DNA of 64,000 nucleotides from an uncultured Erysipelotrichales bacterium (GTDB taxonomy: Bacteria > Bacillota_I > Bacilli_A > Erysipelotrichales > CAZWEF01): assembly GCA_964632125.1 (NCBI GenBank), contig CAZWEF010000002.1, positions 13,675 through 77,674 of the forward strand, read 5' to 3'. Numbering within the stretch: the first letter of the stretch is position 1; each line of letters starts with the position of its first letter. The notes under the pieces are model-generated. The model ran no database searches. It was not told the DNA's origin and saw only the letters and a program-made list of their open reading frames with translations. Of this stretch, positions 28,487-39,081 are shown piece after piece. A program made the position numbers and the translations under genes.

Positions 28487-30599
28487 TTTCTTTTTTTTCA
28501 GGTTTTGGTAACAAATCTTTTCGTGATACATTCACACGTCCACGATCATCGACTTCAGTTACCTTGACTTGAACCATGTCACCAAGCTTTAACACATCAT
28601 TGATGTTGTCAACACGCTCATGAGCAATCTTTGATACATGAAGTAACCCATCACATCCTGGGAACAACTCAACAAATGCACCAAATTTTTCAATACGTAC
28701 AACTTTACCATCATAAATGTCGCCAACCTTCGCTTCTTTTACAATGTTTGCAATCATTTGCAATGCACGATCAATAGCTACTTGATCCATATGGTAAACA
28801 ACAACTTGCCCATCTTGTTCAATGTCAATTTTTACATCGTCACAAGCTTCAATAATTTCGTTAATTTGTTTTCCACCTGGTCCAATAACATCTCTAATTT
28901 TATCAACACTGATTTTCATCATACCGATTTTTGGTGCATATTTAGAGACTTCTTTTCTTGGTGAATCAATACAAGCTTCCATCACATCTAAGATTTCCAT
29001 ACGGGCAATCTTAGCTTGTGCCAAAGCTTCTTCAAGAATTTGTTTTGACAATCCTTCAACTTTAATGTCCATTTGAAGCGCACAAATGCCATCGCGCGTC
29101 CCTGCAACTTTAAAGTCCATATCACCTAAATGATCTTCCATACCTTGGATATCCGTCAAAATAGTATAGTGTTCCCCTTTTTGAACAAGCCCCATAGCAA
29201 TCCCTGCAACTGGTGCCTTGATTGGTACACCCGCAGTCATTAAAGCCATTGTAGACGCACAAATAGAAGCTTGAGAAGTCGACCCATTAGATTCAATGAC
29301 TTCCGACACTACACGAATGGCGTAAGGAAACACTTCTTCAGAAGGAAGTACTTGAAGTAATGCTCGTTCACCTAATGCACCATGTCCAATTTCACGACGT
29401 CCTGGAGCCCCCATTCTTCCAACTTCACCGACAGAATAAGGCGGAAAATTATAGTGATGCATAAAACGTTTACCATCTTCTATGGTTAAATCATCGATGA
29501 TTTGCGCTTCACCAATTGCACCCAATGTACATGCTGATATGACTTGTGTTTCACCACGTGTAAACATTGCCGAACCATGAACTCTTGGTAATAAATCAAT
29601 TTGCGCATCCAAAGGACGAATTTGAGTTAATTCACGACCATCAGGTCTAACTTTATCTTCCGTAATCAAACGGCGCACTTCATCTTTAACAATTGCATGT
29701 AATGCTTCTTTTACTTGTTTGATCGTTTTTGCTTTTATTTTTTCTGTTTCATATGAACGTTCTTCAAAAAGTGCTATCACTTCTTTTTCAATATCATCAA
29801 TTTGACCATAACGCGTTAATTTATCAAATATTTTAACCGCTTGAATCAAACGATCTTTTGCAAGTTGATCAACCTCAGCTTGGATATCAGCAGCCACTTC
29901 ATATAAAACAACTTCACGTTTAGGTTTACCAGCAGCTTTGATAATGGTTTCTTGAAATGCAATCAATTCTTTGATGTGCTCGTGACCTAGCATCAATGCT
30001 TCCAGCATCAATTCTTCACTCACTTCTTTAGCCCCAGCTTCAACCATATTAATCGCATCAGATGTACCAGCAATCGACAAATGAATTAAACTTTGTTCTT
30101 GTTGATCTGAGCTTGGATTAATGATAAACTCTCCATCAATATAGCCTACAATAACACCAGCAATAGGTCCATTAAATGGAATATCAGATAATCCCAAAGC
30201 AAGTGAAGCACCAAACATAGCAGCCATTTCAGCTGGCGCTTCTTGGTCAACTGAAAGCACTGTGTTAACACACTGCACTTCATTACGGAATCCATCAGCA
30301 AATAGCGGACGAATTGGACGGTCAATTAAGCGTGAAGTTAAGACTGCATGCTCACTTGGTCTTCCTTCTCTTTTCAAAAATCCGCCTGGTATTTTACCAA
30401 CTGAGTATAATTTTTCATCATAAGTTACTGTTAACGGAAAGAAGTCCAACTCTTTAGGCTCTTTACTCGCTGTTGCAACTGACAAAACAACCGTATCATT
30501 ATAGCGAATTAACGCTGACCCTCCAGCTTGTTTTGCTAATTCTCCAACCTCTACACGAAGTTGTTTACCACAAAAATCTAGTTCAAAAACTTGTTTCAT
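28473..30599 (-). CDS. pnp: Polyribonucleotide nucleotidyltransferase (PNPase)
   Basis: Two RNase PH domains, KH ([10 protein letters not shown]) and S1 ([21 protein letters not shown]). Start at ATG 30599 (GGGGTGA upstream). Confidence 0.95.
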   Translation of the reverse strand: MKQVFELDFCGKQLRVEVGELAKQAGGSALIRYNDTVVLSVATASKEPKELDFFPLTVTYDEKLYSVGKIPGGFLKREGRPSEHAVLTSRLIDRPIRPLFADGFRNEVQCVNTVLSVDQEAPAEMAAMFGASLALGLSDIPFNGPIAGVIVGYIDGEFIINPSSDQQEQSLIHLSIAGTSDAINMVEAGAKEVSEELMLEALMLGHEHIKELIAFQETIIKAAGKPKREVVLYEVAADIQAEVDQLAKDRLIQAVKIFDKLTRYGQIDDIEKEVIALFEERSYETEKIKAKTIKQVKEALHAIVKDEVRRLITEDKVRPDGRELTQIRPLDAQIDLLPRVHGSAMFTRGETQVISACTLGAIGEAQIIDDLTIEDGKRFMHHYNFPPYSVGEVGRMGAPGRREIGHGALGERALLQVLPSEEVFPYAIRVVSEVIESNGSTSQASICASTMALMTAGVPIKAPVAGIAMGLVQKGEHYTILTDIQGMEDHLGDMDFKVAGTRDGICALQMDIKVEGLSKQILEEALAQAKIARMEILDVMEACIDSPRKEVSKYAPKIGMMKISVDKIRDVIGPGGKQINEIIEACDDVKIDIEQDGQVVVYHMDQVAIDRALQMIANIVKEAKVGDIYDGKVVRIEKFGAFVELFPGCDGLLHVSKIAHERVDNINDVLKLGDMVQVKVTEVDDRGRVNVSRKDLLPKPEKKENEAK

Positions 30600-30658
30600 G
30601 TATTCACCCCATATCAATGATTATTGTATCACATTTTGTTTGCATTAGATACACTTTT

Positions 30659-30964
30659 TTAGCCAAGTCGTTTAAGAAGTGATGCAAATTGTTCATCTGT
30701 CAAATACTGACCACTACAAAGCACTTCATCATCAAGTAAAACAATTGGCAAGGCTTGTTCTCCACCTGACATCATTTGTTGAATCACCACCTTGTTTGAT
30801 GTAAATTCTATTGCATGTTCCTTCAAATTGTATCTTTTTACCGCTATACCTCTTTGTCTTAAAACATCAAGTTGATTTGACACACGTAAATAAACTGGAT
30901 TCATCTTAGCTGCATCCATTGAAAAATCATTAAAAACTGGCCCGTCAAAAATATATACAGTCAT
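30659..30964 (-). CDS. ArsD-like thioredoxin-fold protein lacking the metalloid-binding cysteines
   Basis: 101 aa. Aligns by eye along its whole length with R773 ArsD (FD..., V.R.NL...P..F..N..V, G..LP..LLD.E.V..G.Y), but the Cys12/13/18 region reads FDGPVFNDFSMDAAK. No SD upstream. Confidence 0.55.
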   Translation of the reverse strand: MTVYIFDGPVFNDFSMDAAKMNPVYLRVSNQLDVLRQRGIAVKRYNLKEHAIEFTSNKVVIQQMMSGGEQALPIVLLDDEVLCSGQYLTDEQFASLLKRLG

Positions 30965-30971
30965 AATAGAG

Positions 30972-30993
30972 AAAAAAATGGGTTACCCCATTT
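30972..30993 (-). terminator. Rho-independent terminator/attenuator directly after rpsO
   Basis: Minus strand: AAATGGG-GTAA-CCCATTT followed by TTTT, starting 1 nt after the rpsO stop and ending 7 nt before the ArsD-like ATG. Confidence 0.55.
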
Positions 30994-31260
30994 CTATCTT
31001 CTTAATCCTAAACGTTGAATCAAATCGCGGTAACGATTGATGTCTTTGTTTCTCAAATATGTTAATAAGTCACGACGGCGACCAATTTTAATCAACAATC
31101 CACGACGTGAATGATGATCTTTTTTATGTGTACGTAAATGATCTGTTAACACATTGATATCATGTGTTAAAACAGCAATTTGAACTTCTGGAGAACCTGT
31201 ATCCCCTTCAGCTCTAGCATAAGCTTTCATAATTTCTTGTTTCTTTTCTTTGCTAATCAT
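30994..31260 (-). CDS. rpsO: 30S ribosomal protein S15
   Basis: 88 aa, [14 protein letters not shown]...[25 protein letters not shown]. Confidence 0.95.
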   Translation of the reverse strand: MISKEKKQEIMKAYARAEGDTGSPEVQIAVLTHDINVLTDHLRTHKKDHHSRRGLLIKIGRRRDLLTYLRNKDINRYRDLIQRLGLRR

Positions 31261-31340
31261 AAAATAGCCTCCTTTTATTTACTTGGCCATATCCACGACA
31301 TAAGTCGGCATTCAAATATCCTAGATATAGCTGCTCATAA

Positions 31341-31369
31341 ATCATATCAAAAATAACTACTCATGTCAA
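31341..31369 (-). promoter_or_regulatory. SigA-type promoter for rpsO (TTGACA-17-TATGAT) with a ~80-nt leader
   Basis: Minus strand: TTGACA 31369-31364 and TATGAT 31346-31341. The leader contains small hairpins (ATATC-TAG-GATAT; CGAC-TTAT-GTCG). A possible S15 autoregulatory leader, but I cannot confirm it. Confidence 0.45.
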
Positions 31370-31441
31370 TGAAAAATAAGCATCTCAAAAAAGATTAACA
31401 CTAAAAGATGAATTATGATATAATCTATTAGGAGGGATTAC

Positions 31442-32305
31442 ATGAAAAAAATAGGATTCATTGGTGCAGGCATTATGGGAAGACCCATCATGACACACCT
31501 TGCAAATCATGGTTATCAAGTAAACGTATTTACACGTTCAATTGAAAAAGCACATCTACTAAATCATTCTAACATTGAGATTAAATCAACATTAATTGAG
31601 TGTATCAAGGATGTTGATGTGGTCATGACTATGGTCTCTACACCAAAAGACGTGGCATCCATCTACATGGATGGTGGTATACTGGATATTGTGAAAGAGA
31701 GTACCCTACTGATTGACTTAACAACTTCTAGTCCAACTTTAGCCAAAACACTGTATGAACAAGCAACCAAAAGAGGTCTCCATTTACTGGATGCGCCTGT
31801 TTCTGGTGGTGATATTGGTGCAATCAATGGTTCCCTTTCAATCATGGTTGGTGGTACTAAAAAGGCTTTTGAAATGGCCTTACCACTGCTTACATGTTTT
31901 GGAAAAACCATTAAACTTCAAGGTCCTGCTGGTTTTGGTCAACATACAAAGATGGCCAATCAAATCGCTGTTGCAGGAAATCTTGCGGCTACTTGTGAAA
32001 CGTTACTTTATGCCCAAAAGGCTGGACTTGATTTAAAACAAGTGATTGAAACAGTGGGACAAGGTGCAGGTGGTAGTTGGCAGCTTATTCATAATGGTTC
32101 TTTGATGATTGAACACAACACGGATCCTGGTTTTTATATCAAACATTTTATTAAAGATATGACCATTGTCCAAGAAGAAGCAATTGAAATGGGTATTGAT
32201 TTACCTGTATTAAATCATGTTTTATCGATGTTCAAGTCTTTAAGTGATCAAGGGTATGACTTATTAGGAACACAAGCATTGTACTTATATTACATCAATT
32301 CATAA
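31442..32305 (+). CDS. NAD(P)-dependent beta-hydroxyacid dehydrogenase (3-hydroxyisobutyrate / 2-hydroxy-3-oxopropionate reductase family)
   Basis: KIGFIGAGIMGRPIMTHL Rossmann motif, DAPVSGG, and a catalytic Lys region (GQHTKMANQI). Confidence 0.8.
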   Translation: MKKIGFIGAGIMGRPIMTHLANHGYQVNVFTRSIEKAHLLNHSNIEIKSTLIECIKDVDVVMTMVSTPKDVASIYMDGGILDIVKESTLLIDLTTSSPTLAKTLYEQATKRGLHLLDAPVSGGDIGAINGSLSIMVGGTKKAFEMALPLLTCFGKTIKLQGPAGFGQHTKMANQIAVAGNLAATCETLLYAQKAGLDLKQVIETVGQGAGGSWQLIHNGSLMIEHNTDPGFYIKHFIKDMTIVQEEAIEMGIDLPVLNHVLSMFKSLSDQGYDLLGTQALYLYYINS

Positions 32306-32324
32306 GGACATAGGTCCTTTTTTT
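32304..32324 (+). terminator. Rho-independent terminator
   Basis: AAGGAC-ATAG-GTCCTT followed by TTTTT. Confidence 0.6.
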
Positions 32325-32349
32325 GTTTAAAAAAAGAATTCATTGAATT

Positions 32350-32898
32350 CTAATTTTGCTTATATTCTTGTTTAAGAATACCCATTAAGACAACATCTTC
32401 ATACTCATTCAATTGACTATTAAAGTGTTTTTTACGACTAACGCCTTCTAAAGTGAATCCCACTTTTTTAAATAGACTCAATGCAATTTTATTGCTTCTT
32501 AAAACAGTCACTTGTATTCTATTTAAGTTAAATTGTTTAAATAAATAATCAACCAGCGTTAGAATGGCTTCATAACCAATACCCATTTGTTGCTTTGATG
32601 CATCGGCTATTTTAATATCAATGCTGCAACATTGATGGATTGGATCATAATCATAATAACTCATTTCACCAATTAGATAGCCTGATTGACGTTCTGCAAT
32701 TAAAAATAGTTTTCGTGGTTGAAACTGATCATAACTTTGAAGCGACTCTAAGTAACGTAAAATCGCCGTTTTTGTAAACATGGCACCACTATAATAACCT
32801 GACCACTTCATTATTTCCGCATCATTCCACCATTGATACAATACATCTACATCATCTAATTCAGCAGGTCTTATCACTAATCGATTGGTTTGAATCAT
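32350..32898 (-). CDS. GNAT-family N-acetyltransferase (RimJ/RimL-like)
   Basis: TNRLVIRPAELDDVDVLYQWW N-terminus, the QQMGIGYEA acetyl-CoA motif region, and SLFKKVGF. Confidence 0.8.
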   Translation of the reverse strand: MIQTNRLVIRPAELDDVDVLYQWWNDAEIMKWSGYYSGAMFTKTAILRYLESLQSYDQFQPRKLFLIAERQSGYLIGEMSYYDYDPIHQCCSIDIKIADASKQQMGIGYEAILTLVDYLFKQFNLNRIQVTVLRSNKIALSLFKKVGFTLEGVSRKKHFNSQLNEYEDVVLMGILKQEYKQN

Positions 32899-33817
32899 AT
32901 AATTGCTCCCTTTCTAGACACCATTGACAATCTTTGTTAAGTTGTTCTACGAGATCTTCAATGCTTTTAAATGTCTTCTCATCTCTAATAAAATCAATAA
33001 ATCTCACTGTTAAATACTCGCCATAAATGGTCTGATCAAATCCAAATAAATGAACCTCTAAAGAGAAACCATCCTTTTTATTAAAAGTTGGGTTAAACCC
33101 AATATTACACATGCCGTTATAGACTTGACCTAAATAATCAACATGAACATAATAGACACCACGTTTTGGTAGTACATGAAGACCAAAATCAATGTTAGCA
33201 GTTGGAAAACCAATTGTTCTCCCCCTTTGATTACCCTCAATGACTTTACCTGTAATTTCGTAGGGCCTTGAAAGCATGTGACAAGCTTCTTTCAAATGAC
33301 CTTGTTTCAACGCTTCAATAATGCGAGTTGTACCAATTTTTTGATCATGTTCTAGTAACAATGGTTGAACTTCAACTACAACATCGTGCATTGCATGTTG
33401 AAGATACATTGCATCGCCAGCCCCCTTAAAACCAAAACGAAAGTCTTGTCCACAAACAAGATATTTAGGGTTCATTTGTTTCATAACAAGTTCAATGAAT
33501 TGTTTTGGATCAAGATGAGCGACATCTAGGGTGAAATGTAAGACAAAGACAGTATCAACACCTAATTGTTCAAGTAATTTGAATCGTTGTGGTAAAGGCG
33601 TTAATAAAGACTCTTTATCAATTCGCTTTAATACAAGCCATGGATCAACATCAAATGTCATGACTGCCGTTTTCAAATCATGTTTAAGTGCATATTGTTT
33701 AGCTTGTCCAATCAATTGTTGATGACCTAAATGAACACCATCAAAATAGCCAAGTGCGACTGCATAATCATCCTTAAGATTGATGTTTTTGGTTGTATCA
33801 AGTGAAATAATTTGCAT
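32861..33817 (-). CDS. ribF: Bifunctional riboflavin kinase / FMN adenylyltransferase
   Basis: ALGYFDGVHLGHQ, PTANI and LEVHLFGFD motifs. Start at ATG 33817 (AGAGGGA upstream), 2 nt after the truB stop. The 3' end overlaps the GNAT gene by 38 nt. Confidence 0.9.
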   Translation of the reverse strand: MQIISLDTTKNINLKDDYAVALGYFDGVHLGHQQLIGQAKQYALKHDLKTAVMTFDVDPWLVLKRIDKESLLTPLPQRFKLLEQLGVDTVFVLHFTLDVAHLDPKQFIELVMKQMNPKYLVCGQDFRFGFKGAGDAMYLQHAMHDVVVEVQPLLLEHDQKIGTTRIIEALKQGHLKEACHMLSRPYEITGKVIEGNQRGRTIGFPTANIDFGLHVLPKRGVYYVHVDYLGQVYNGMCNIGFNPTFNKKDGFSLEVHLFGFDQTIYGEYLTVRFIDFIRDEKTFKSIEDLVEQLNKDCQWCLEREQLYDSNQSISDKTC

Positions 33818-33818
33818 A

Positions 33819-34655
33819 TTACCATATCCCTCTAACACATTTTAGTGTATCGTTGCCTATTTGTTTATAAATTGCCAAAGCTTTACCATATTTATTATAC
33901 ACAATTTGAATCCCTTTTGCACTATGATTAATTAATTTTCCATGAAAAACAATCGTTTCATCTTCTACAACAATCTTAGGTAAATGAGCAAGCGCTTCTT
34001 CCACACTAAGTAAGTGATCAACACTTAGTTCATCTAATGTAACACTCTGCGCTAAAGTAAATGGACCTGATTGAATTCTCTTTAAACAAGTCATCGTCCC
34101 AACCGAATCAAGTGCATAAGCCATATCACGGCATAGGCTTCGAATGTACGTACCTTTTGAAACATGAACCCTAAAAGTAATACTTGTTTCATTAAATGAC
34201 AAGCACTCGATTTGATGCACACAAACCTCTCGTTTAGGAATGACCACTTGTTTTTGTTCTCGAGCATATTCATATAGTTTTTTACCATCTACTTTGATTG
34301 CTGAATAGATTGGTGGTTCTTGAATCAAATCCCCAGTGAATTGCTTAAAAAGAGTATTTATAATCTCATCATTTAAAACAGGCACTGGCGCTTTTTTAAT
34401 GACATCGCCTTCTAAATCGAGCGTTGTTGTTTCAGTGCCAAAAGTAAGTGTCGTTTCATAGACTTTATGGTCACTTGTTAAGATAGGGACAAGTTTAGTT
34501 GCTTTATTTACACAAACTACAAGAACCCCTGTTGCAAGTGGATCAAGAGTGCCACAATGACCAACCTTTTTTGTTTGAAATCGTTTTTTTACTTGATGGA
34601 CAACATCAAAGCTGGTCATCCCAGCGGGTTTATTGATAACTAGTATACCATTCAT
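33819..34655 (-). CDS. truB: tRNA pseudouridine(55) synthase TruB
   Basis: MNGILVINKPAGMTSFDVV and GHCGTLDPLATGVL (catalytic Asp). The shorter start 34655 matches the canonical TruB N-terminus. The alternative is ATG 34685. Neither has a strong SD. Confidence 0.85.
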   Translation of the reverse strand: MNGILVINKPAGMTSFDVVHQVKKRFQTKKVGHCGTLDPLATGVLVVCVNKATKLVPILTSDHKVYETTLTFGTETTTLDLEGDVIKKAPVPVLNDEIINTLFKQFTGDLIQEPPIYSAIKVDGKKLYEYAREQKQVVIPKREVCVHQIECLSFNETSITFRVHVSKGTYIRSLCRDMAYALDSVGTMTCLKRIQSGPFTLAQSVTLDELSVDHLLSVEEALAHLPKIVVEDETIVFHGKLINHSAKGIQIVYNKYGKALAIYKQIGNDTLKCVRGIW

Positions 34656-34681
34656 ATCATTCACAAAAAAAGAGCATGCGC

Positions 34682-36346
34682 TCATTTTTTAATTTCTTTT
34701 TTAAGTTGATCAAACACATCTTTAAATTGATCACCTAATGTATCTTTTGTTTCTTGTTGTCCTTTTAAATAAGATTCGAATTCAGCACGTGATGTTGCAT
34801 CTAAATTAGCTCTAACACTAATGACCATGCGTTGCTTTTCTGGTTCAAGTGATGTAATCATCGCTGTAATCTCTTGACCTAAACTAAACAACTCATTGCT
34901 TTGTCTTAATGGTTTATCTGTTTCATCTTTGGCAAAGAGAATCGCTTCTGCATCTGGTTCAATCATTGCAAATGCATAGGCATCTTCTAAACGCGTGATT
35001 GTCGTTTCAATGACTTGACCTACTGCATATTTATGTTTGATGATTTGCCAAGGGTCTTCACTGACTTGTTTAATGGATGCAGCAACTTGTTTTTTATTTG
35101 TATCAATTTTAATGATTTTAACCTCAATTGATTTACCTTCTTGAATTTGATCAGAAAGATTTGCACGACGATTATAACTGTACTCACTAATTGGTACGAG
35201 CGCTTCAATAAATGGGATAATTTCAACAAAACAACCAAATTCAGTGATTCTTAATATGGGTGCAGTGACTACGTCTCCCACTTGCTGTTGTTCCACTAAA
35301 GACACCCATGGGTCTTTTTCCATTTGCTTAACAGACAATGCAATACGATTATCTTTTTCATCTATTTTAATGATTTTAACTGAAATCACATCACCAACAT
35401 GTAAGTCATTTCTCAACAATAAATACGGACTATACGAATATTCAGAATTATGAAGTAAGCCTTCAACACCTGGTAATAGTTCAATAAATGCACCAAAAGG
35501 CGTAATTCTAGTAACAGTACCTGATACAATTTCATCAACACTTAATGTTTTATTCGCAACTTCCCAAGGGGTTGGCAATACTTTTTTTAGTGAAACCACA
35601 ACATTTTCTTTTTCACGATCAACCGTAATCAATTCAACTTCAATCATGTCACCTACAGTTAACACCGTGTTTAAATCCTTTACAAACAAGTGACTGGCTT
35701 CTTTAATTGGCAACCAATAACGTAGATGGCCTTGTTTTAATACAGCCCCATTTGCTAAAATCTCTTTAACAGGTAACTTCAAACGTTGACCGACTTCTAA
35801 CGGTGCTAGCTCCATCGCTTTTTCATGCTCCATTTGTGCCTCTAAAACTTTTTTTCTTGATACAATTGCACGTTGTTTGCGTTCATCAAACTCAAGTACT
35901 TCCACTTCTAAAGGTTGATTTAAAAAAGCAGATGCATCTTCTAAGAATGACAAATCAACTTGTGAAAGTGGCATAAAGAAATCAATATGATGGCGACCCA
36001 CAATCCCTGATTTAACTTGTTTATCAAAAACAATCGTTAAACGTTCTTTATTTTTTACTTGTTGAATCAAAGCATCAAAGGCATCTGCTTGTTCAACTGC
36101 TTTGTGTGAAACACGAACATACTCATCACTCACATAAATGACTTTTACTTTAATGGTATCCCCAACTTTTAAAACATCAGTAAGTGATGTCGTAGTCGTC
36201 ATCGAGTAATCACTGATTGATAAAATACCTTCAATGCGATAACTTAGATCAATCCAAGCTTCCTTTGATGTCACTTTTATCACAGTTCCAATAACAGTAT
36301 CATTACTATGAATGTCGTTATAGTTATTTTGATTTAGTTCTTCCAT
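34682..36346 (-). CDS. rpsA: Ribosomal protein S1-like protein with six S1 domains
   Basis: 554 aa. Six repeats of the S1 pattern (VG..V.G.V..I..FGAF(I/V)E(L/I)..G.EGL(L/V)..SE...), best in domains 4-5. SD AGGGGGA. Confidence 0.75.
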   Translation of the reverse strand: MEELNQNNYNDIHSNDTVIGTVIKVTSKEAWIDLSYRIEGILSISDYSMTTTTSLTDVLKVGDTIKVKVIYVSDEYVRVSHKAVEQADAFDALIQQVKNKERLTIVFDKQVKSGIVGRHHIDFFMPLSQVDLSFLEDASAFLNQPLEVEVLEFDERKQRAIVSRKKVLEAQMEHEKAMELAPLEVGQRLKLPVKEILANGAVLKQGHLRYWLPIKEASHLFVKDLNTVLTVGDMIEVELITVDREKENVVVSLKKVLPTPWEVANKTLSVDEIVSGTVTRITPFGAFIELLPGVEGLLHNSEYSYSPYLLLRNDLHVGDVISVKIIKIDEKDNRIALSVKQMEKDPWVSLVEQQQVGDVVTAPILRITEFGCFVEIIPFIEALVPISEYSYNRRANLSDQIQEGKSIEVKIIKIDTNKKQVAASIKQVSEDPWQIIKHKYAVGQVIETTITRLEDAYAFAMIEPDAEAILFAKDETDKPLRQSNELFSLGQEITAMITSLEPEKQRMVISVRANLDATSRAEFESYLKGQQETKDTLGDQFKDVFDQLKKEIKK

Positions 36347-36408
36347 TGAAAATCCCCCTTTTTGCTTTTAATTCATTATACCATAATATTAATTTAATGA
36401 CTAACTTT

Positions 36409-37602
36409 TTATGATAAATGTAATTTTCTAGAATACATACCAATAAAACTGATTACAAATAAAGCAACTGCAAGAATAAATGGTATGTACGGATTTGTCT
36501 CATATAAAATACCCGCCACTAAAGCGCCAATAATCATACCTAAAAACCGCATTGAATTATAAACACCAATGACTTCTGAATTACTTGATGATGTCTTTTG
36601 ACCAATATCAATGACAAAAATCTGTATGAATGGTGTCAGTAATGAAGCCAACATGGCATACATAATATTAACACCGATGATGATGTTTTGACTTGGAAAC
36701 ATAATGAATCCAGTCATAAGTAAACTTAACATCACAAGAAAGATTTGAATTGAACGCTTAATTTTAGCACGTTTGATTAGCCATAACCCAAGGGTAAGGT
36801 TGATACCAAGTGAAAACAAACCCGTTATAGCCTTTAACAAACCATTTTGTGATGGTAAGAAATTGAGTTGATCTTTGATGAAATAATTAAATGTTTGATC
36901 ATAGGATGTCATCGCAAGATTGATGAACATCGTGATGACAAGTGCAATTAATAATGCCTGTGTCATTATTTTTTTACTTTCAACAAAAGTTGTGAGTGGA
37001 TTCATTGAACGAGCAATATCTTTTGATGACATGTGTTCTTTCTCATAAACCTCTTTAGTACTCATAATAAAATACAATAAACCACTGATAACAAGTAAGA
37101 TAACTTGACACAACACAACCGCAAACACTGATTGATCGCCAATCACACCCCCAATTAAATAGCCAAGGGTTCCAAAGACAGTTAATCCTGTTGTTAGAAT
37201 GGTTAAATACTTTTTACTTTCTTCTTTCGCTTCAACTGCAAGGTAAGTTAACTGACAAACTGTCACAGCAGCAATAAAGAAACCTGAAACAAAACGAGCT
37301 GCGGTTGCAATAAAGACAGTCGGAGCTATCCCAAATACAAACTGCCCAAGTGCGTATCCAAAACAACCCAAAGCTATGATTTTCAAATTACCAAATACAT
37401 GACTCATTTTTCCCCAAAACGGTGAAAACAAGAAGTTCCCCAAAGCCATTGCTGCAAAAACAAGTCCAAATGTATAATTTGGCATGTTTGCATTCTTAAT
37501 CAATGTTGGCGTAATCGGATGCATTAAATTAGCAGCGACTGCTTCCAACATCGAAATGACCATAAAAATCAATAAAATTCGTTTTTTAGTTTGTGTCAAC
37601 AT
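36409..37602 (-). CDS. MFS transporter
   Basis: 397 aa with about 12 hydrophobic helices. Substrate unknown. Confidence 0.75.
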   Translation of the reverse strand: MLTQTKKRILLIFMVISMLEAVAANLMHPITPTLIKNANMPNYTFGLVFAAMALGNFLFSPFWGKMSHVFGNLKIIALGCFGYALGQFVFGIAPTVFIATAARFVSGFFIAAVTVCQLTYLAVEAKEESKKYLTILTTGLTVFGTLGYLIGGVIGDQSVFAVVLCQVILLVISGLLYFIMSTKEVYEKEHMSSKDIARSMNPLTTFVESKKIMTQALLIALVITMFINLAMTSYDQTFNYFIKDQLNFLPSQNGLLKAITGLFSLGINLTLGLWLIKRAKIKRSIQIFLVMLSLLMTGFIMFPSQNIIIGVNIMYAMLASLLTPFIQIFVIDIGQKTSSSNSEVIGVYNSMRFLGMIIGALVAGILYETNPYIPFILAVALFVISFIGMYSRKLHLS

Positions 37603-39019
37603 GTTGGATAAAATAAACTAAAAAATCATAGACATCGTCATAAGACTTAATGTCAAGTCGTTCCTTTGGTGTATGATAAAAAGCCATGTTGGGATGTAAG
37701 GTAATAATGTCTCTTGGACATGTCGTTGATGTAAAATAACCACACTCAAGACCGCCATGAATGCCTAGATAACGCATCGGCTCATTAAAATAGCTTTGAT
37801 ACAGCGTACTTAAACGCTCTCTCATCTTTGAGTTTGGATCAAATTGCCAACTTGGATAGCGCCCTGTGACTTCAAGTGTTCCTTTTAGTTGGTCTACATG
37901 TTGTTGAACAAGGTCAATGGTTTGATCAACTTGGGCTTCAACCATTGAGCGAATTGAGCATTGAATCACTAATTGTCGTTTTAATTCAAAACGACCAATA
38001 TTCATTGATGTCTCTGGTAATCCTTCTAGTTGATCACTCATTTTAATAACCCCATATGGTAATTTAGTCATTAAGTTAATGAGCGATGCACTATCATCTG
38101 CTGATAAATAAAGTTGATTTTCACTTAAGTGAAAAGAAATATCCATATTTGGTTCAATTGGTTGATAGGTTTCCATCAATTGTCTAATGACTTCTGAAAA
38201 GACTTCAATTTGAGCAATACCAATACCATTAAATGTCACATGAATTGATGCTTCACGTGCAATGGCATTCATTTGCATACCGCCATCGCCTGAACCAATC
38301 TGCATACCTGAAAAACGTTTAGAAAATGACTTAAGCATCTCAAATAAGACACGGATGGCATTTAAATGGGGTTTATTAATATCAACACCTGAATGACCAC
38401 CTGCAAGTCCTTTAACAGTGATTTGATATCCTTGTCTGATGACCATCGTATTTTTAAAATAACGATTGATTGAGAGTCTTGTGCCTCCAGCACTCGTGAC
38501 ATATGTTAAGCCCTGTCCTGCCCCATCAAGTGAAATCATACGAGGTGCTTTTAAACTTGTTTGATCTAATTCTTTAGCACCAAAAAGACCCACTTCTTCT
38601 TCAACTGTGAAGACACATTCAAGCGCAGGATGAACCAATGTTTTATCTTCTAAAATGGCTAACATATAACAAACAGCGACACCATCATCAGCACCAAGCG
38701 TTGTGTTTGTGGCTGTTAACCAACCATCTTCTTCTTTTAACACGAGAGGATCATGATCAAAGTCATGGTTACTGTCTTTGTTTTTCTCACAAACCATGTC
38801 CATATGTCCTTGAAGGATTATTGGGTCTTTGTCTTCATAACCAATCGATGCTGGTTTTTTTATGATGACATTTAGTTTTGGATCTTGAATCCATTCTAGT
38901 CGATGTGCTTTTGCAAAATCAACTAAATACTGACTTAACATGGCTTCATTGTATGAACCATGTGGTATGTTTGAAATCTCCTTGAAATAATAATGATGAC
39001 GTTTGGCTGTATCAAACAT
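37586..39019 (-). CDS. pepD: Aminoacyl-histidine dipeptidase (PepD, M20 family)
   Basis: FKEISNIPHGSYNE, LQGHMDMV, TTLGADDGVAV and VEEEVGLFGA motifs. 477 aa. Confidence 0.85.
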   Translation of the reverse strand: MFDTAKRHHYYFKEISNIPHGSYNEAMLSQYLVDFAKAHRLEWIQDPKLNVIIKKPASIGYEDKDPIILQGHMDMVCEKNKDSNHDFDHDPLVLKEEDGWLTATNTTLGADDGVAVCYMLAILEDKTLVHPALECVFTVEEEVGLFGAKELDQTSLKAPRMISLDGAGQGLTYVTSAGGTRLSINRYFKNTMVIRQGYQITVKGLAGGHSGVDINKPHLNAIRVLFEMLKSFSKRFSGMQIGSGDGGMQMNAIAREASIHVTFNGIGIAQIEVFSEVIRQLMETYQPIEPNMDISFHLSENQLYLSADDSASLINLMTKLPYGVIKMSDQLEGLPETSMNIGRFELKRQLVIQCSIRSMVEAQVDQTIDLVQQHVDQLKGTLEVTGRYPSWQFDPNSKMRERLSTLYQSYFNEPMRYLGIHGGLECGYFTSTTCPRDIITLHPNMAFYHTPKERLDIKSYDDVYDFLVYFIQHVDTN

Positions 39020-39081
39020 GTTGTCACCTCCTTTAATTATTTTATCAAATTAAAGCATAAAAATCATTAGAAACATTTATT

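Noticed and set aside
34656-34690. A small hairpin GAGC-GCAT-GCTC flanked by an A-run and a T-run between the S1 gene and truB, as a terminator.
   Set aside because: The stem has only 4 GC pairs. It overlaps the possible truB start region and the genes look co-transcribed. It is at most a weak attenuator.
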